From Octopus sinensis (Eukaryota): a DNA stretch of 64,000 bases. Both the position numbers and the translations under genes were made by a program. Shown here one piece after another: positions 51,396 through 63,512 of the stretch. Where the stretch lies: the NCBI RefSeq assembly GCF_006345805.1, contig NC_042999.1, forward strand, positions 151,342,001-151,406,000, given 5' to 3'. The notes under the pieces were generated by a model that did no database searches, had not been told where the DNA came from, and saw only the letters and a list, made by a program, of their open reading frames with translations. Every line of letters begins with the position of its first letter. Position 1 is the first letter of the stretch.

Positions 51396-54300
51396 GTAGG
51401 TATATACACACACATACACATGAACCTGTGCTGGTGCTACATAAAAGGCATCTTTGCTGGTGCCATGTAAAAAAAAATGTGCAGTACACTCTGTAAAGTG
51501 GTTGCCATATGGAAGAGCATCCAGCCATAGAAACTATGCCAAAACAGACAGTTGGAGCCTGGTGCAGCTCCCTGGCTTGCCAAGTGCTGTCAAACCGTCC
51601 AACCCATGCCAGCATGAAAAGTAGATGTTGATGAACATATAGTATTATTATAAAAGATAGTGAAATAGCAGAAATATTAGGGCATTGGACTTGTGTTTAA
51701 CCCATAAAGCACTGGGATTTGCACTTACATAGCATGGACTGCTGAGCACATTTTATGAAAATGAGACTACCGTGCACACATAAAAAACAAAAAAAAATAG
51801 TTAAAATATCTTCTTAATATATAATGGTGGCAAGTTTTACATCATCTGAAAGGTCATTAATTGAACTATTAGTCCTCTGGCATTCTGGGGGGTATTGGAG
51901 TGTTTGAGTGACATTAGACCCCAACAAATGCCCATAAATTAAATGCATCAGTCTGGGCCATAATTGTGGCCCATGGCGCTTTATGTGTTAAAAGATAAAT
52001 ACTGATCATGTACTCTGATTGAATTCATTGTATTCTTTCATTAAAAACTCGCACTTTTTTGCCAAATAAGAACATGTTTGTGAACAGCAAATATGTCCTG
52101 GCAGACACAGCTATAGATGAATCTGCTTAAAAATATTGGTAAATGATTATCTGAAGTTCATTAATGTGATTGTTTTGTCTTTACTGTAGGTGAAGAAACT
52201 TCTTTGGAACATAGACTCCACAGTGTTGCTGATATGGTGTGAAGAACTGAACAAAAATGAAAAACTCCAGCCAAAGTCTTTCAGTAAGTTTGAATACCAA
52301 AGAATATGACTTCATAGAATATTGCCTCTTGTAGTAATCAAACAAATAGCAGTAATAAACTGGTATAATTCAGTGTGCTATCAAGTGTGATGTGTGATTG
52401 CAAGAAAATGTTCTGGTGCCAAGATAAGAAGTCATTATTACAGCTTATAGTGCAATAATAATAATAGCAATTCCATAAGTTTTCCAATCAAACTCTTAGT
52501 GTACAAGTCTCTGGTGACCTCAATCTTCTGTATGAGTGTCAGAGCTGGACTCTTACAGCTGGTATGTGGCAAAGAATCCAGGCATTTGAGTATAAGTGCT
52601 TGAGAAGGCTGCTACACATCCTGGGCACAGTATACAAAACAAACAGCTTTGTGAAGTAACAAGTCAACAAACCATTTGACAGCCAATTTTCGTTTGTTTA
52701 AGTATCACCAAAAGAGACCAATAGAATTAGTACCAGACTTTAGTAAAAAAAAAAAAAAAAAAAGAAAGACATAAATACTGGGGTCAATTTGTTTGACTAA
52801 AACCCTTCAAGGTAAAGCCACAGTTGAATGACTGGAACAAGAAAACATAAAAAATAGCATTTTCTGTAAGTTTCCAGGACCCAGAAAAGCAGGAACTGAT
52901 ATACTTTTAATACATTCCTTTCAAGTGTTGACCCCATGGAGGCAAAATAGCTGGGTTCCTTTCGAGCATTGGCCCTCACGGAGGCAAAGTGGCTAGGTTC
53001 CTTTTGAGCATAGGGCTTCATGGAGATGGAGGCAATGATCAAGACCGTTGGCATTATGTCATGCTTGAGAAGAAAACCCATCAAGCCAAGCAACATTGCA
53101 GTCATGGCATATACTTGTTTGTTATGATGTGTTACTTTTATGGGGTTACATGTTTAAAGGCTCTTTTTTATGTTTAGCATAGATAAATGTATATAAGTTG
53201 CTTTCAGAAGGCTATTTAATTAAATAAAGTATTGTGTCTAAGATTACTTCATTAGTTATACCGTAAATCCTCAAGTATAATCCGCATTTTTTTCCCAAAA
53301 TTTAAAGGTCAAAATCCCTAGTGCGTACTATATATGAGGTTAAAAATGAAAATTATTTTCTAAGCAATATCTGAATCTCTATTTGCTGTCCAGCAATGTT
53401 TATTCAGACGCATTTTGTGGTGTCGGGCAAGAAAATATCTTAAGCTAAGCCTGAAAGCAATGAAGTCATAAAAGAATTATCCATTACTTGCAGTAAACAA
53501 CATTTATTAAAATAAAAGTATTCAGAACACAGAATAACATGTAACAAAAACAATTTGCAAACATATTTATATTCCCATATAACTATTAAGAGCATCACCA
53601 TTATTGTATAAGGCATACACGAAAGTGTTTGTTCGACTAGGTGCTGCTGGATTAATTACGCACATTCAAGTTAGAGAAGGGGTGCGTATTATACACAAGG
53701 TTTAAGTTTTTCAGAAGTACAGCCTCCTAAAAATCCTCTGTGTATTATAACTCTACTTATTTACTTTATATCTTTAACAAACAAAACTATAAAAAGAAAT
53801 TATCAATGTCTTAAATTTAGAAGAGTTCTATATAGGATATCTGTAAGGTGTTCAATTATTTGGTCAAAACAGATATTTGGCAAATACAATTTTTACATGC
53901 AATATTCCGTACAGAATATTTAAAAGGAGAAGTTCCAAAGTATTTATACATTTAAAATATCTTTTATTTTTTTGTTAATAAAGAAATTGTTATTTCATAA
54001 TTTACATATTCAGTAAAAGCAAGGAAGATAGACAGGTAATAAAGAAATCTGTATTATTTGGCATTGGAATATGTCTAATATTAAATCTACAAGAGTGTAG
54101 ATTATTTAATTTACTCTAGCTAGTTTGTCATCCTTGACTAATTGAAAGGAAGGATTTTAGTATGACACAAAGCCATTTGTTAAACACCTAAGCAACATTA
54201 TGAAATATCAAAATAGATATTTCTCACTTATAGCATAAAGAAAGAAAATGTGTAATCGAGTGACAAAGATTCGTGTAACATCTCGAAATCACTGAAAATC

Positions 54301-57300
54301 CCTTAAAATTTTGGGCTTTTACATCCTTCTACTGAAGGTTCTTTGAGTTTCTCGAAGCGTCTTGAATCTTAATTTTTGGAACAAAAATGGATAAAATTCA
54401 AGATGTTTTTGCCTATATTTTAAATTGACCAATGACACTAGATTTTCTAACATTATTTCATTGATCTAATTTCACACTAAAGGAATATTTCATCGTGCTA
54501 ACAAACTAATCTGCCTGATTTATTAATAGATGTCTTTATTACTGTGTCACTACACTGGTGTCACACAAATGGCATGCAAAAGCACCCATTACATGGCTTG
54601 CTCATAAGCCCCTTCAGCTCCTTGTTTTTTTTTTTTTATTTAGTAATCTTCAGATGGCTAAATGTTCACTCTAGTTGTATGCAATATTATTTAGAATGAA
54701 GAGAAGGAGCTAAGATTGAGGTAGGGACAGAGATTTGCAGACAAGATAAGGGAGGTAGGGTTTTTTTCTCTTTTTTTTCCTTAAACCAAAATGCCTGTGG
54801 TTTTGGTATGTGTGTATACATAAACATTTTCTTTCAATATCTATATGTAATCAGAAACGGAAAGGATGGTGAACTACTACTACTGCTACTACTACATATT
54901 TGTTTTTGATATGTTCAATATTTTGCCATGAAATTATATTTAACCTTTTTTCTGTTTTTTTTTTTCTTTGCAAATTTTCTCCTCAAGTCCAGTTATGGAC
55001 AGTTAACAACTATCACTGGTACCTAAAACAGAGTTTAGTCTTTGATCCAGCCAAAGAGAAGGAAGTTGCAGCTCTTCTATGGGACCCTGAACAAGCATAC
55101 AAGCTGCATATTGTCACTTCAGATGGTTGCTATATGCATTACTCATGGTACTGGAACACTGTAGTCAGTGATGAAAGTGTTGTGGCTGTCATTGATGGAG
55201 GTAGGGTTAAATTCTTTTATTTTTTTATTTGTTTCAGTCATTTGACTACGGCCATGCTGGAGCACTGCCTTTAGTTGAACAAATCAACCCCAGACCTTAT
55301 TCTTTGTAATCTTAGTATTTATTCTGCCAGTCTCTTTTGCCAAACTGCTAAGTTATGGGGACGTAGACACACCAACATTGGTCTGTCAAGCAATGGTGGG
55401 AGACAAACACAAATACACAAACATATATATATATATATATATACGACATTGCCAGACCAGATTGGAGCCTGGTGCAGCCACTGGCTCTCCAGACCTCAGT
55501 CAAACTGTCCAACCCATGCCAGCATGGAAAACAGACGTTAAACAATGATGATGATGATGAGTAACTGTGTAAAATGCAATATTTGTAATTGTAAATCAGA
55601 TCAAATAATATTTATAACAAAATAACTTTATCCGGAATATTGACCCTTAGCTGATGTTTGAAACATCAGCTAAGGAATTTTAATTTAAATCACTTTTACC
55701 CTTTTGTTATCAAATTCCTATTGAAAATACACTGCTTAGCTTCAATTAATTTTGAAAATACTGAAGAATTTAGTAAAATAACTTTTTCATTATGAAGCTG
55801 GTTTTTTTAACATAAATTTACCTGAAAATTTATTGGAAGGTTTTAATTAGGATCTCTTTTGAATCAGGGATGGTTCCAGACAGGTTTGATATCAAAAAGT
55901 TTAGGTAGAAAAAATCATGTGCAAAGTTCATCAACTAATGATATCCATAGTTAATTTTATATCCTTAGTTAATTATCAAGCTAACCTCTAATGTAACTTT
56001 TTTATTTCATATCATAGGCGCAGGAGTGGCTGTGTGGTAAGTAGCTTGCTTACCAACCACATGGTTCTGGGTTCATTCCCACTGCGTGGCACCTTGGACA
56101 AGTGCCTTCTACTATAGTCTCAGGCCGACCAAAGCCTTGTGAGTGGATTTGGTAGACAGAAGCCCGTCGTATATATATATATATTTTATATGTTTGTGTG
56201 TCTGTGTTTGTCCCTCCCACATCGCTTGACAACCAATGGTGGTGTATTTACGGCCCCCGTAACTTAGCGGTTTTGCAAATGAGACCGATAGAATAAGTAC
56301 TAGACTTTCAAAGAATAAGTCCTGGGGTCGATTTGCTCGACTAAAGGCGGTGCTCCAGTATGGCCGCAGTCAAATGACCGAAACAAGTAAAAGAGAGAGT
56401 ATCATATTTACTTCCATTTTGCCTTGCTTCTATGGTTTAGACAAGTATTTCATCTCATTTATAATTAACTAAGAATATGGATTGAATTTTTTAATGTTGA
56501 ACAATTTGAAGTTTAAATTTTATTTTCTCTCAAACAGAAACTGAAAATTTATTTAAAATTTTATATTTCTTCTGTAGCTCAGATTTTGGTAACCCCCATG
56601 GCACTACAGGTGGTACCACCTCCTATGTATACCTACAAATTGCTGCTTCCTGCTCCTGCCAACCAAGTGTTTTTTTTCCCATCGTCACCATTGAATAACT
56701 ATGGTATGCCCACAGCTGATATTGGTGTTCTTTTAGACAATGGAGTGATTGCATTGTTTACTTATCGTGAAAACAACAGTAAGTTATTCAGAGTTATTTT
56801 CCTATGTTAAGGAGACAAACATGTTCACGAACACACACACACACACACAATGTGCCTACAGTACAAAAAAAACATCCTCTAATGCCCCCTCTATTGTAGC
56901 AAGACACCTGCTTCTGTCTCTTTATCACATTCTAATTCTAACCTTTCATCCTCTGACACAAGTTTTCCTCCTCAAATGCCCCTGCCCCTCTCATAATTCC
57001 TTGTCTTGCAAGTTACTTGGTTACCCTGCCAGTGTTGGTGCCACATTAAAAGCATTCAGTCCACACTGTAATGTGGTTGACGTTTGAAAGGGCATCCAGC
57101 TGTAAAAATCATGGCAAAACTAACCTCAACTGTGCTAGTGCCATATAAAAAGCACTGAGTCCACTCTGCAAAGTGGTTAGTCTTAGGAAGGGCATCCAGC
57201 CGTAAAATCCCTGCCAAAAACAGATACAGTAGCATAGAGTTGTTTTTCTACTTGGCCAGCTCCTGTCAACTGACTTACCCATGCATGCATTGAAGATGAA

Positions 57301-60300
57301 CGTTAAACGATGATGATGATGATACACATGTAAGGTGGTTGTCCTTAAGAAGGGCATCCAGCCATAGAAACCATGCCAAAGAGGACATTGGACCCCAACA
57401 TGGCCCTGCAACATGCTGGATCCTGTCAAACCATTCAACCCATGCCAGCATGGAACATGGATGTTGGGTGGTGATGACGATGATGATGGTGATGATGGCT
57501 GCAGTTTGGTGGTGGTTATGGTGGTGGGTTGTTTAATCATAGGTCCATAGGTTAATGATTAAAGCCATTCTAACTGGTGGTGGTGGTTGTTTGTTTGATT
57601 GATTGATTGATTAATTAATTGATTGATTGATCGATCATAGGTCCATAGATTAATGATTAACACCATTCTAACTATGACAGTCCTGTCTTTTTTTTTGCCA
57701 AACAGTACATCATGTGACTACATCATCTATTGTTTTTTTTTGTTTTTTTTCGCTTTTTTCCTTCTATGGTGGCAGTGTGTGTGATTTGGGGAAGATTTAG
57801 CTGTTATTATTAGTAGCCTTCTCCACAAGATTTTTACACCTAGTAGTTCAAACTATCAGTGTTTATTTCTTTGTAATGTATCCTTTCTGTATAATATTTC
57901 AATTGTATTTCATTTTTGTATTTGGTGTGCAAGATTCTTTATGTGAATTCATGTGTTGAAGCATCTTTTATTGTATCTGAGGAGAGTCATTCTCTTTTAG
58001 TACCTTATTTAACACACTCACTGGTTCAATTTCCACTCATTTAATTATTTATCTTTTCTAAAATTTTCGTTGTATCTTGCAACCTTTTCAATAGTCAGAA
58101 TCAACGACTATTGAAAAGGTTGCAAGACGCAACGGATATTTTCGCAAAAATAAGAAAATGAATGGAAACTGAACTAGTGTGTGTGTCAAATAAGGCACTA
58201 AAAGTGAATGACTCTCCTCAGATACAATAAAATTTCAATTGTAAATTTTCCGAACAATAACATTTGGCTTGACTCCAGTATTGAAATAACTCCACTTTGA
58301 AATATATCATAGCAACTGACCACACACAAACCTACAATATTTTCCACTGGAGTTTTTCAAAATTTGATTTTATTTATAATCATTAAATCATTTTATTTAT
58401 TTCGTTTTTTTTTAGTTGAATCAACTGATAAATCAGCTGTTGAAATATGTGGAGGCAGAGAATTTAGTGTAAAATGTCCTCTTCCTCGCTTATTAGGCTC
58501 ATTTGAGTAAGTAAATATTATTACATATTGCATCACATTCTGGGAGCTGTTGAGCACTAGGATCAATGTAATCAACCAGCCCCTTCCCCCCCCCTCCCCC
58601 AAATTTCAGCCCATGTGCCTATAGGATTAATATGTACATATTTTGGTCTTGGTATAAAAGATGGGATGCAGCAAATATTATGCTGAATACCACAGATTTG
58701 CTTGTCAGTTGCTTGACCTTAACCAGTTGAGCATGTTCCTTAGTGGCTGACGATATGTACATCTCTGATCACTCAGAGAGTGCAAACCTCTGCCAAGGCA
58801 ACAGCAACATCCTCTCAATGATGAGCCAGAGATGATTTTTTAAAATGAGAATATCTGAAATAAACTCAACTGCTCTCACAAACAAGAAAACTAAAAATGA
58901 ACCCGACCGCTCTCAAAAAATAAGTAAAATAGGCGGAAAAATAATCCAGAAATCTAATCAATTCGTGCTAGTCATGAGGCCAAAAATCCCTGAAAATTTC
59001 ATCGGAATCCATCCAGCGGTTCTTGAGATATCTTGTCCACAGACAAACAAACACAATAATAATCATGATTATAATTTCCTCTTGTTTTTCAGACCTGTAG
59101 AAAACTATGGAACATTTCCGTTATCAGTACACACAGTTTTGGGTATCAGTGACACAGTTCTCATGTATTGCCTCCAGAAAGATGATACCAGTGTCCTCTG
59201 TGAAGTAACTCTCTCTCAAAAAGATAATACATTTACTCAAAGGTTTCAGTATATTTTTTTTAATTCTCTTTTATTAATTAGTTTTTTTTATTGTTATTAT
59301 CATTATGCATTTATTATTATTATTTATTTCTTTTTGTGCTAATTACTAGAAAAAATTATCAATAGTTTTATTATTGAAGGTGTAGAATATTCATCATCAT
59401 CATCATCGTTTAACGTCCGTTTTCCACGCTAGCATGGGTTGGACGATTTTGACTGAGGGCTGGCGAACCAGATGGCTGCACCAGGGATGCCCTTCCTAAC
59501 GCCAACTACTCCGAGAGTGTAGTGGGTGCTTTTTACATGCCACCAGCACGGGGGCCAGTCAGGCAGTACTGGCAATGACCCCACTCGAATCTTTTTACAC
59601 GTGCCACCGGCACAGGTGCCACTGATGCGACGTTGGTAACGATCACGCTCGAATGGTGCCCTTTTATGTGGGACAACACAAAATGCCAATAATTTGAGCT
59701 GGTAGCATGAAACTGTATCCAGCTCTGAAACAAATATTTCAACCACCAATACTTTTTAATGAATAGCATTCCTGTCAAGCTGTCTTTTTCCACTGCTGCT
59801 ACTGTATATGGTCTCCAATCCTCTATCCATCCATTGGGAGAGAGGATCCAACCTAGATGATGATGATGATACACACACACACATACGATGTCAAGTGAAG
59901 TCATTGTCATGGCCGATGCCAGTACTGCCTGACTGGCACCCGTGCCAGTGGCATGTAAAAAGCACCATTCAAGCATGGTCAGTGCCAGTGTCACCTGTTT
60001 CTGTTGTACCTGTATTTCAAAGGGCCAGCCTTGTCACAGTCTGTGTCACACTGAATCTCCCTGAGAACTATGTTAAGGGTACACATGTCTGTGGAGTGCT
60101 CAGCCACTTGCACGTTAATTTCACAAGCAGGCTGTTCTATTGATCGGATCTTCTGGAACCATTGTTGTCATAACCGATGGAGTTCTACAAGTGTGCCACG
60201 TATATATATATATATCGCCTTGGCTGGCTTCCATGCCGGTGGCACGTTAAAAGCACCAACCGATCGTGGCCGATGCCGGACTCCCCTGGCACCTGTGCAG

Positions 60301-61397
60301 GTGGCACGTAAAAAGCACCCACTACACTTGCAGAGTGGTTGGCATTAAGAAGGGCATCCAGCTGTAGAAACACTGCCAGATCAGACTGGAGCCTGGTGCA
60401 GCCCCTGGCTTCCCAGACCCCGGTCGAACCGTCCAACCCGTGCTAGCGTGGAAAACGAACGTTAATCGATGATGATGATGATGATATACACACACACACT
60501 TATTGTTTCATGTCTTTTTATTTTTTTTAACCATATATATATATTTTCTTTCGAATTTGTGTAAATGTGTATAGAATAATATATCAGTTGAATAAAGTTA
60601 CAATATAGTCTGGTTTTCATGTTTTTTATTGTTGTTTTTAAAAAATTTTTTTTTTACATTGTTGATGTGTGTTAAACATTAAAAAAATATTTAGCAGTGT
60701 TCATAAAGTTCAGTTAGCACTTTCATACATTCTTCACACAGTTGTCAAGAACTCAACTCAACTGTCAGTCAATACATTTTGAAATCTGATGATTACTACA
60801 AAACATATGAAAGCGCTAATTGAACTTTATGAACATTACTAAAAAATTTTTCAATGTTTAACACACTTCAACATTGTAAAAAAAATTTTTTTAAATACAA
60901 TAAAAATGTGAAAACCAAACCATGTAACTTTATGCAACTAATATCATCATCATCATCATCGTTTAACGTCCGTTCTCCATGCTAGCATGGGTTGGACGGT
61001 TCGACCAGGGATCTGGAAAGCCAGAAGGCTGCACCAGGCTCCAGTCTGATCTGGCAGAGTTTCTACAGCTGGATGCCCTTCCTAATGCCAACCACTCCGT
61101 GAGTGTAATGGGTGCTTTTTACATGCCACCTGCACAGGTGCCAGGCGAGGCTGGCAACGGCCACAGTCGGATTGGTGCATTTTACGTGCCATCGGCCACG
61201 ATTCCAAGAGTAGGTTTACAGTTATTCAACTATGTCTTTTGCATTCATATATTATATATTAACAGTTTAGTTCTTAATTATAAAAGAATATGAAACCATT
61301 ATTCTATGCATATTTAATTAATTGTAAGAGAAATTTAAATGTAATAAAATGATTTAAAAGAAATTTAAAGTGCCTATAAACCTACTTTTGGGCCACC

Positions 61398-61447
<50 letters not shown>

Positions 61448-61840
61448 CGCGGGCATGGCTGTGTGGTTAGGGAGCTTGCTTCCTAACTACATGGTTTCGG
61501 GTTCAGTCCCACTGCGTGGCACTTTGGGTAGGTGTCTTCCACTATAGCCCCGAGCCGACCGGAGCTTTGTGATTGAATTCGGTAGGTGGAAGTTACTGCC
61601 ATGTGTGTATGTGTGCGTGTAGGTGCTTGTGCCTCTCCGAAAGAGACAGAGGGAATACACACACACACATACACAACATTGTTCTCCAGGTTATTTTATT
61701 TACATAAACATTTTCTTTTCTTCTGGGTTCCAGCTCTACACAGGTTGTACCTGACAATATCTTTAACATGACATATGCTGCTGCTGTTAATACCATTTTC
61801 ATACAAACCTTGCAGAGAGAAATCCTGGCTTATGATATTA
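37953..61840 (+). CDS. ELP1: Elongator complex protein 1 (IKBKAP), 5' part only: 14 exons, 1717 nt of CDS, N-terminal WD40 beta-propeller region
   Basis: All exons join in phase with GT-AG. Diagnostic motifs: [77 protein letters not shown]. Confidence 0.96.
39180..39326 (+). CDS. ELP1: ELP1 coding exon 2
   Basis: tttcag|[49 protein letters not shown]|gtaagt. Confidence 0.88.
40446..40527 (+). CDS. ELP1: ELP1 coding exon 3
   Basis: cacag|[27 protein letters not shown](G)|gtatct. Confidence 0.93.
41620..42270 (-). mobile_element. Degenerate hAT transposase fragment
   Basis: [15 protein letters not shown] / [10 protein letters not shown] / [13 protein letters not shown] across frameshifts matches the hAT YDGA..MSG..G.Q..HC.NH.L.L motif. 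Confidence 0.7.
42427..42507 (+). CDS. ELP1: ELP1 coding exon 4
   Basis: ttttag|[26 protein letters not shown]|gtaatt. Confidence 0.92.
44870..45568. repeat. Palindrome/foldback of about 700 bp, 14-nt loop at 45255-45268
   Basis: Arms are reverse-complementary from atataaggaaaagaatctgaaaatgcagg to the loop; the left arm has an extra internal duplication. Confidence 0.92.
46732..47640 (-). mobile_element. Tx1/L1-clade LINE 3' end
   Basis: 210-aa ORF with zinc-knuckle remnant [16 protein letters not shown], followed by a T-rich 3'UTR and A-rich tail. Confidence 0.8.
47956..48041 (+). CDS. ELP1: ELP1 coding exon 5
   Basis: tttag|[28 protein letters not shown]|gttaag. Confidence 0.94.
48162..48255 (+). 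CDS. ELP1: ELP1 coding exon 6
   Basis: tttaag|[31 protein letters not shown]|gtattg; an in-frame alternative acceptor would start at 48171. Confidence 0.92.
48290..48670 (+). mobile_element. Second tRNA-derived SINE family with a tandemly duplicated 3' part
   Basis: gcgagctggcagaa..ttctgagttcaaatt..ggggtcgataaattaagtaccag; 3' half repeated at 48520-48668. Confidence 0.75.
48974..49263 (-). mobile_element. Candidate solo LTR
   Basis: TGTA...TACA ends with inverted ctcctctc..ggt similarity and a minus-strand TATAAATA; interrupts a SINE head; no TSD seen. Confidence 0.4.
49632..49722 (+). CDS. ELP1: ELP1 coding exon 7
   Basis: ctcttag|[29 protein letters not shown](K)|gtaaga. Confidence 0.93.
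50028..50151 (+). CDS. ELP1: ELP1 coding exon 8
   Basis: tttcag|[41 protein letters not shown]|gtatct. Confidence 0.94.
52190..52283 (+). CDS. ELP1: ELP1 coding exon 9
   Basis: ctgtag|[31 protein letters not shown]|gtaagt. Confidence 0.93.
53261..53753. mobile_element. Tc1/mariner-pogo type MITE, right end decayed
   Basis: TA followed by CCGTAAATCCTCAAGTATAATCCGCA; internal subterminal tgcgtattata repeats. Confidence 0.6.
54988..55200 (+). CDS. ELP1: ELP1 coding exon 10
   Basis: ctcaag|[46 protein letters not shown]...VVAVIDG|gtaggg. Confidence 0.94.
56578..56778 (+). CDS. ELP1: ELP1 coding exon 11
   Basis: ctgtag|[32 protein letters not shown]...[20 protein letters not shown]|gtaagt. Confidence 0.93.
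57966..58232. repeat. Foldback with arms of about 130 bp, 9-nt loop
   Basis: ...ttgcaaccttttcaatagtc-agaatcaac-gactattgaaaaggttgcaa... Confidence 0.88.
58416..58506 (+). CDS. ELP1: ELP1 coding exon 12
   Basis: tttag|[29 protein letters not shown]|gtaagt; supplies the phase 1 to phase 2 link the flanking exons require. Confidence 0.85.
59093..59242 (+). CDS. ELP1: ELP1 coding exon 13
   Basis: ttttcag|[49 protein letters not shown]|gtttca; phase-consistent, sequence divergent, weak donor. Confidence 0.75.
60582..60943. mobile_element. Foldback MITE with arms of about 145 bp
   Basis: 60582-60727 is the imperfect reverse complement of about 60796-60943. Confidence 0.8.
61734..61840 (+). CDS. 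ELP1: ELP1 coding exon 14 (last seen in window)
   Basis: gttccag|[35 protein letters not shown]|gtaagt; phase 2 in, phase 1 out. Confidence 0.78.
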
Positions 61841-62961
61841 GTAAGTTATATTATTTTCTGATCCATACTCAATGAGTTTTTCATTTTACACTGATTATTT
61901 CCGTTTAGCAATGTCCACTTTAGTAAAGTTGCTTAAACGGTTAATATAATAAAGTACATTCCCAAAAGTCAGGACTGACTCTGAAAATGAGGAAATTAAT
62001 ATACTTCAGGCATGGTTGTGTGGTTGAGATGTTCACTTCCTAACCACACTGTTTTGGGTTCAATCTCACTTTGCAACAGTTAGGGCAAGTGTTTTTTTCA
62101 CTCTCATCCCAGGCTGACCAAAGCCTTGAGGGTGGATTTGGTCAACAAAAACTGAAAGAAGCCCATTGTGTATGTCTGTGCATAGTAAATTACAAATTAA
62201 AAGCAGTGCTAGTAATATAATCTTTATCAGTCACACATAATGTATGTGTTTTGTTTAAATGCCCTTTTGTTTTGGAATAGTGTCCGAGGAGAGCTCCCTA
62301 CATGATGACACTGAGTGTTAAAGAACACCAAGTGTCCCAGACCAGATAAGACAACTTACTCTAAGGTAATTGAGAATGGTAGATACCATTATTTTGCCAT
62401 TGTTGTGGCTTATCAATACAATGCACTTGGATCTCCTCGAAATGAAATGAATCGCTGGTGTGTGACGTATATGCAAATAGAGTGAAGTTTAATGATATGT
62501 TGCAGCATAGCATGTTTAAAAGAAATTTAATTTACTAATTAAAAGCAGTTCTAGTAAGGTAAACATTATCAATCACACATACATAGTGGAGACACATGGC
62601 TTAGTGGTTAGGGTGTTGGGTTCATGACTTTAAGGATTGTGGTTTCGATCCCTGGACTGGTCAATCTGTTGTGTTTTTGAGCAAAACACTTCATTTCATG
62701 TTGTTCCAGTCCACTCAGCTGTAGAAATGAGTTGAGCCTGGAGGGGGATGAGCTCTGCCAGGCTTTCTCACCCTAGATACACTTAATGGCTGCAGCACCT
62801 CCACTGATCCCCAAGGGGTTAAGGGACTTCTCAATTATCAATACATAGTGTATGCACACTCGGCATTGTGTAGGGAGCTTACTCTGGATGTTATCCCACA
62901 GCGAAAGGGCATTCAAATAAAGCATATTCACTCTATGTGTGGCCGGTAATATATACATATA

Positions 62962-63512
62962 CACCTCGCCTGGCCTCTGTGCCGGTGGCATGTAAAAAGC
63001 ACCATCCGATCGTGGCCGTTTGCCAGCCTCATCTGGCACGTAAAAAGCACCCACTACACTCATGAAGTGGTTTGCATTAGGAAGGGCATCCAGCCATAGA
63101 AACATTGCCAGATCAGACTGGGCCTGGTGCAGCCTTCTGGCTTCCCAGACCCCAGTTGCACCGTCCAACCCATGCCAGCATGGAAATCGGACGCTAAACG
63201 ACGACGACGATGGATGCATGCATATCATCATCATCATCGTTTAACGTCCGTTCTCCATGCTAGCATGGGTTGGACGGTTCGACCAGGGATCTGGGAAGGC
63301 AGAAGGCTGCACCAGGCTCCGGTCTTATCTGGCAATGTTTCTACAGCTGGATGCCCTTCCTAACGCCAACCACTCCGTGAGTGTAGTGGGTGCTTTTTAC
63401 GTGCCACCTGCACTGGTGCCAGGCGAGGCTGGCATCGGCCATGGTCGGATTGGTGCATTTTACGTGCCACCTGCACGGAAGCCAGTCGAGGCGGCACTGG
63501 CTTCGGCCCGGT
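62962..63512. mobile_element. Tail-to-tail pair of RTE-tail retroposon copies (family ending catgccagcatggaa..(GAT)n, dozens of copies in the window)
   Basis: 62962-63212 (+) and 63225-63512 (-) are separated by about 13 nt. Confidence 0.9.

Noticed and set aside
56016-56100. tRNA-like A/B boxes
   Set aside because: SINE heads with no cloverleaf or acceptor stem; not tRNA genes.
57975-58000. CTGAGGA-GAG-tcatt-CTC resembling a hammerhead 5' core and stem II
   Set aside because: No GAAA follows stem II.
62261-62322. Possible next ELP1 exon after 61840
   Set aside because: The in-phase reading hits a stop and lacks ELP1 similarity; the next exon is probably beyond the window.
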